Positions 57,751 through 64,000 of a stretch of DNA of 64,000 bases are shown one piece after another (position 1 is the first letter of the stretch; each line of letters begins with the position of its first letter). The DNA lies in the NCBI RefSeq assembly GCF_009914755.1, contig NC_060926.1; one strand, 5' to 3'. The position numbers and the translations under genes are program-made. This stretch comes from the human T2T-CHM13v2.0 reference genome, Homo sapiens. The notes below the pieces were generated by a model. It did not search any database, was not told where the DNA came from, and saw only the letters and a program-made list of their open reading frames with translations.

Positions 57751-58789
57751 CCATTCCCAGGCAAAAACTCTTCCAGAAAATTGAGGAGTCATTAATCCCA
57801 ACTCGTTCTGGTCTAGCATTTAATTCTTACCAGAGCTAGTAAGAAAGCTGTAGATGAAGAAAACTATAGACTGATATTCATTTTGAACATAGATGCCAAA
57901 TTTCCAAACAAAATTTTAGCAAATCAAATCCAACAGTATATAAAATAGATATAATATGACCAAGTGGGGTATCCTTGAAATGCAAGCTTAGATTAACATT
58001 TGAAAATGAATCAGTGTAAGTCACTATATTAACAAATTAAAAAGTTGAAAATTATAAGATCATCTCACACAGGGAATAAAGAAACTATCATAAAAAGTAG
58101 ATATTACAAATTTTACAAGGCTTTCGAAAGTTTGGAGTGGCAAAAGTCATGTTATCCCCTTTGGAGTTTTATTTTTCTTACACCTACATTTATTAGTTTG
58201 GGATATTTTACAGGATACATTTTTGGTTTACTATCTCCTTATTTTTACATTACTTTAAAAATAGAATTTTCATAATTTTGTCATTTGGCGATAGGTTGGT
58301 TTTTTGATCAGCAACCCCAAAATTCATGTGTATGAGTATGCTGAACTTTCATCCATCTGTAATAAAATGAAAATATGGAAACAAGAAAGACTGAGCTAAA
58401 ATATCCAAAAACGTAAATGTATTCGATTTCAAAACGATACCTCATTCTGAGATTATCTTTCTTATTTTATATTTTCAAAGTGCTGTTGCTTTCATAAAAA
58501 TATAATAAAGTTTGAGAAAATATTTTTATGTCCTTAATTTAAAAGTTAAAAATCTTTAACCATATGTCAGTCTGTAGAATTATTTTTTGATAACTTAGTG
58601 ATCCATAAACTCAAAATGTGGTAATTGGCACTGCATCTGAACATATAAAACATATTCCAAAATCCAAGCCAAAGTAATTAGGCAACTGTGTCTAATTGAA
58701 TACAAATATTAGTTGAGTTATACAGGACTAACTTTCACCAATTTTAGCTTGTATTTTACTTTAGCATACACAGAGTGATATAATTTTCT

Positions 58790-59107
58790 ACTTTGAAGTT
58801 TGATTTGGTCAAATCAGTAGTTCTGATCAACCAAATGTGAAAAAAGGTGACATGTGCCTTGTTAGGTAAAAACATATGTATATTTGTTACAGTCAAGGCC
58901 CAACTCCCCAATTCTCTGTTTCAGATGTGGTGAAGCCTGAAAAATAGCATTGAGATGGTAGCATCACAAGATGGTATTAAAGATTACGTGGAGAGGAGCT
59001 ACTCCACTAATCTACATAGAACACATATCAAGAGTGATCATTACATTTTCTTGTTTTGAGATTTTGGTGCTATTTCATACCGTAGCATAACCTAGTCTAT
59101 TCTGATA
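58790..59107 (+). mobile_element. Old MLT1 (H/J-like) LTR fragment
   Basis: ttgagattttggtgctatttcataccgtagcataacctagtctattctgata. Confidence 0.5.
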
Positions 59108-59319
59108 GGTAAATTTTATGCAAATCTATATCACTTTCTGGATTATTTTTTGTCATTTTATTATTCAATAAATCTTAATTCCTGGAAACTCCTATTGTAA
59201 CCAGTAGGGCTTAAAAGCAGAAACAAAAATAAACAAAAAATAAACATAAAAATGCATTTGGCCAGATGAAAAGGGAAGCAGAGTCATATGGAATGCAGCT
59301 TCTGGTTGTCAGCACTAGC

Positions 59320-60430
59320 TACTTAAATTAGCTGTTTGAATGTTTATTATTTTAAGATGCTATGCCAGTCACTCAGAAGGCAATAGCAAGGAGCCAATGT
59401 CCTTGCAATTTTGAGCCCCTCTTGTTAGAAGACTGACAGATAAACAAATATATAATGGTAGCATGAACTCTAATTAAAGTTTATAGCAGACAGACAAGAG
59501 ATACAAGAGGTCACAGAAAAATTATGGGGAGAAAAATTTATTTAAGGGATATTAATGAAGAAAGACGAAAGAGTGAAACCGTATTCACAGATTCAAAGAC
59601 GCTTAAAGAAATGGAAGATATTAATTATAGCTAAATTAAAACACTTTATGATTAAGGAATTTGAAAATGTAGAAAAGAAAAGATTTTTATATTAAAAAGG
59701 GGATCAGTAATGTGAATACATTTGGGTTTAAATTTGAATGAATCATGAGTTATTTCAGTTATTGAAGATTATGAATAATAGGCTTACTTTGACTTTTCTA
59801 AAGATAACCTGGCTGAATATGGGCAGTTGGTTATAGAAGAAGGAGGGAAACTAATTTGTAGAATATTAAAATCATATGGGAAAGAAATAAGATAATAAGT
59901 GGTTGACAAGGCTATGATATGGATGAAGAGGCATTTAGAAGAAAGGACTTTGTGTGGAGTAAAGAAGACACAGATCAAGACAACTGTTAAATGAATGCAT
60001 ACTAGGATCTGTTACACTGTCAATGATAGATTGCATTGGAGAGATGATTAGTGAAGCAGGAAGACAAAACAAAAATACATGAACCACATCAGTCCAATCC
60101 TGGCTTTTTCACTTGGTGTTTTACTTACCATAATAAATTACCAAACTGCTCTGAGTTTCAATTATGAAGTAGGGATGATACTGTCTACCTTATCTGCCTC
60201 ACAGAGATATGGTTTAACAATAATAATAGCTAAATAGTTATTGGAAGCTTAATAAATTATCAGACATTTAATGTATTATATATATATATATACACACATA
60301 GAGTTTTTACTGTCATTGTATTACTATTTACTTATGTGTAAACTCAGACATGAAAATGTTAATTTATGTGCCAAGTCAGCCAAGATTCAAATGCAGTCAG
60401 CTTGAAGATAGACCCTACTCATACTACAGT
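59320..60430. mobile_element. L2 (-) and MIR fragments
   Basis: gatgctatgccagtcac... (L2) and gtagggatgatactgtctaccttatctgcctcacagag (MIR). Confidence 0.5.
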
Positions 60431-60742
60431 CCTTGTCACCAGGAATTTAACAAATATTAGTTTTATAAGACATAGTTTGGAAATTCTGATCTTATGAATC
60501 TAAATGACATTTGCAGGTAAGCTTGTTCAATACTGTGGTTGATACAAGCATTTGAATCTGGGACCAGTCTGTGCATATTTAACACAAAATAAAAACATCA
60601 GAAGGAGGTGATAGTTGAAGTCAGGGACATGTGGATGAGGCCTTCCAAGAAAAGCATCATAGGTGTAATGAGGTCTAAACGTAGACACGTGTGAGGACAA
60701 ACATACTTAGACCCTGGATGAAAAAGTAACCATGAGTGGCAT

Positions 60743-61466
60743 TGTTAGCGGTGGAAGTTATCTGAGTTGTCACTGTCTGCACATTCTTAGGAGTCTGCAG
60801 CAACCTCAAATTCTTACCCCCTCAGAAGAAAGAATTAGATTGAGGGACATAAGGCAGAATAAGAGATCAAGGCAAGTTTTACAGGAGGAGTGGAAGTTTA
60901 TTAAAAAGCTTTAGAGCAGGAATGAAAAGAAAGTAAAGTACACTTGGAAGAAGGCCAAGTGGGCATCTTGGAGGTCAAGTGCCCCATTTGACCTCGAACT
61001 TCAGGTTTTATATGCTGACCTGCTTCCGCATCTTGCATCTCTTTTCCTGTGATTCTTCCTTTAGGGTGGGCTGCCCACATGCGCAGTGGCTTGCTAGTAC
61101 TCCGGAGGTGAGCATGCAGTGTTTTTACTGGAGTTGTACCCATGAGGCATTTTTTCCTTTTCCAGTGGAATGCCCCCAGAAGGTCACACACCAGTGAAAC
61201 TCCACCATTTTGTCTCTTTATACACACACTCAAGCCCACTCACCAGATTCCTGAATCTTACTTGGAAGTTGCCAATTAGCAGTTACAGGTTTTTGTTTTT
61301 TTTTAATCTATTGGGAAACTGCCTTTCCCTGGCGTTGTCTGCCACCAATTATTATTTTAGAGGGGCAATGTGACAACTACCTGACCATCACCTAATGGTC
61401 ACCTCACATTCCTGGTGGGAGCCCTCTCCTGCCCCACTCATGCCTGGCTAGCTACCTACTCTAATA
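60743..61466 (-). mobile_element. MER50-like ERV1 solo LTR
   Basis: Reverse complement starts TATTAGAGTAGGTAGCTAGCCAGGCATGAGTGGGGCAGGAGAGGGCTCCC. 4-bp TSD gcat/gtat. Confidence 0.85.
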
Positions 61467-63088
61467 GTATCTGGTATTACAAAACAAATATGGTGAATAA
61501 TAGGAGAAATTTGCCTTTTAAAGTATATTTTATCCTTTATGATTAATTATACTTTGCTGTGTAAGTGGCTTATTATTATTATTTTAATTAAACATTATGC
61601 CATTAAAATGGTCACCACTTGCGTTATTTGAAGAACAAAATGTTTGGAAATTACAACTACTAATGAAATACATACGCCAATATTATTTTCACTCCAAGGT
61701 GAGTAGTGCTCTCCTTTTTCCAAACAGGTTTTGATAAATCATCCATCTACTAGCATAATAAAATCTCAAATCTTTCTAATTTTCACTTATTTAATTATCA
61801 AAGAATAACTTAGATCTACCAAAGCAACTTGACATTTCAGTGATTATAAATAAGGTAATAGGAACAGCAATGATTTCCTGGCTTAGGCAGTCATAGTAAC
61901 CCCCAACCCCCCATCCAGAGAACTGTTTGTCCAAGTATTAACTTCAACCGCAGATAAATACAAATTATGCCCTTGGAGCAATCTTCTCTTGCTGAAAGAC
62001 TCTTGCTGAAAGAAGATTCAAAGGGAAAACTTCTCCCGTTCTTCTTGGGTCATAGCAGGGGTAATGTACAAGTTCCTCCAGATAAAACAAGCTTAGCATG
62101 AAGAGGACATGAAGAATCATTATGCTTAGTTCATTTGTTCAAACCTTGAAATTGAGACACAGCCTTGTGAAGGCAACTCCTCCACCTCATTAGTTTATGA
62201 ACTTTCTCTGGGGTATTTCAGTAAGGGCTTAGTGTATAGGTCAATTTTTCTTTCGGCTCTATAAAATTGATGAAAGTACTGGCAATTTAACTTCTTTAAA
62301 CTTTACTTTCCCTGTGTTTAAATTAGAGAAGACAATACTATTTTTTGTCAAAATCAGTTTCAGGCTAAAGATGTAGTAATATACATCACTCTGTAAAATA
62401 GAAAGTATATATTAATTATTAATAATGTATGCTATAATTTTAAAAACTAGGTGAAAACTTAAGTAGTACATCTTCTTCATGAAAAGATAAAGAAAATCCA
62501 ATTTATCCAAGAGTATACATTTGTTTAGTGCCAGAAATTAGACAGAAGCCTATTTACTTGAACATAATACCAACTCCAAAAATCATCCATAAGTATTTCT
62601 AAAAGGAATAAACTAGAAAGGAATGCATTAATATTACATTAGTTTTATAATATATTGACTGTCTTCAGTGTGCTTTGCCTTTTGTGAGGTGTTAAAGAAA
62701 AAAAATTAAGTAATACAACACTGTTCCAACTTTGGAAATGGGTCAAGTAGAGAAACAGCAAAGATATACAAACGTGTAAACGCACAAATTCACAAACACC
62801 AAAGTTAGAAAATAATTTAAAAGCAAAATTCAGAAAGTGAAAGATGAAAAGTAGACCATTGGAGTTACAATTAGAATAAAATCATAAAAATGAGTTGAAG
62901 AATATCAAATAATTATTCTTTTCAACTTAAAAAATACATTATAGATATGGTTTTTGGGTCTATCAAAAAAAGAAGGTTAGGCTGGTATTTGAGGTATCCC
63001 AGTAAAGACAAGAAAAAATAGTTAATGAAGCACCAAATTACTTATTTTTTTTACACATAGAATCAGAAAAAAGCAACAAAATATAAAT

Positions 63089-64000
63089 GAATTTGATACC
63101 AAGAGCAGTTCTAGAGGAATAGAGCTTAAGGATGAATTTTCTGAATTGGGGTTTTTGAAACTGGCTATCTAATCTGATAAGATTAAAAACATGAAATACT
63201 CTTATTTCCAGTGGTAAACAGAGCACTGAAAGTCCATGACATGATCTGGCAATAGAGATATACAAAATATCTCCATTGGCTATTTCTAACCAAACATTTA
63301 TAAGAATACATGCATTATATTGCATGTGGTCATTCAAATTGAGGATCTGAATTTTCAGCTCAAGCATAGCACAAATGAGGTGAAATTTTCCACGAAGGCC
63401 TGAAAGAGATGCTTATCCTCTGTAGCCACAGGCTAAAACTGCTGAAAGCTAAACATAGAGTTGAATCTTGAGTGGCTTAATACAATGTAAATTGATTTCC
63501 CAACTTTGCGATGTGTCTACTGTTGAATTGAGGGCACTGCTTATGAAGAAATGGGATTCTAAAAGTTCAGATGGGGTCCTGTGGAAAGATCCTAATAAAT
63601 TTGAGGACATGTAGTCCCTAAATTCTGATGAGTCTGCTTGGCCAGTAGAAGCACCCTTTCCATCGCCATTTCAGGGGATTAATTCTGCATTTTTTGAGGA
63701 AACTGTAATGGCCTCTCTTGAGGGAGTTACCTTGCTATGATTCTCCTCTGACCCAGTCAACGTTACACCGCTTTGCTTCTGGACCTATAACTAGACTCAA
63801 ATCCCAGCACATGCTTAAAGATGAGGTACCAAGTGTGACTCAGGAAGAGGTGCACTATACTCCAAAAGAACTATTTGAGCTTTCTAACATATACAGACAT
63901 AAATAGGGGAATATGTGTGTGAACGGATATTAAGAGTATGGGATAAAGATAGAAAAAACATCAAGTTGGATCAGGCTGAATTTATTGATATAGATCCACT
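63089..64000 (+). mobile_element. ERV-L internal region: degenerate tRNA-Leu primer-binding site (PBS), leader and gag relic, running off the window
   Basis: tgataccaagagcagttctagagg resembles the ERV-L PBS TGGTACCAGGAGTGGTTCTAGAGG. Gag-like translation HYTPKELFELSNIYRHK*GEYVCERILRVWDKDRKNIKLDQAEFIDIDP. Confidence 0.85.

Noticed and set aside
60971-60995. GAGGTCAA...TTGACCTC inverted nuclear-receptor half-sites
   Set aside because: Lies within the MER50 LTR with non-canonical spacing; probably a consensus feature rather than locus-specific

Overview
Primate genomic DNA, most likely human or another hominoid (AluY, LTR7/HERV-H, LTR12/ERV9, Hsmar1). It is AT-rich and gene-poor, either intergenic or deep intronic. 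I can support no intact protein-coding gene, RNA gene or CRISPR array. The ORF-track entries are short frames from L1, Alu, LTR or simple repeats, or chance frames. The window is mostly nested transposable elements: three L1 clusters (1-6.6 kb, 34.8-39.5 kb, 47.8-58.1 kb), about 10 Alus, solo LTRs with intact or near-intact target-site duplications (TSDs; LTR7, LTR12, MER50), MaLR LTRs (THE1D, MSTB, MLT1), DNA transposon relics (Tigger4a, Tigger2a, MER3, MER1B), a full-length but dead Hsmar1 mariner, and the start of an ERV-L internal region at the right edge. The most notable observations are: (1) an antisense L1PA8A-like insertion whose 5' truncation point falls at the L1 position homologous to its own insertion site, producing a long fold-back; (2) divergent solo LTR7 and LTR12 promoters plus several candidate non-coding exons; (3) the full-length Hsmar1; (4) an old twin-primed L1; (5) a locally templated 34-bp insertion. 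I did not find a convincing new multi-gene system. Repeat subfamily names are recalled from consensus sequences, not from a database search.
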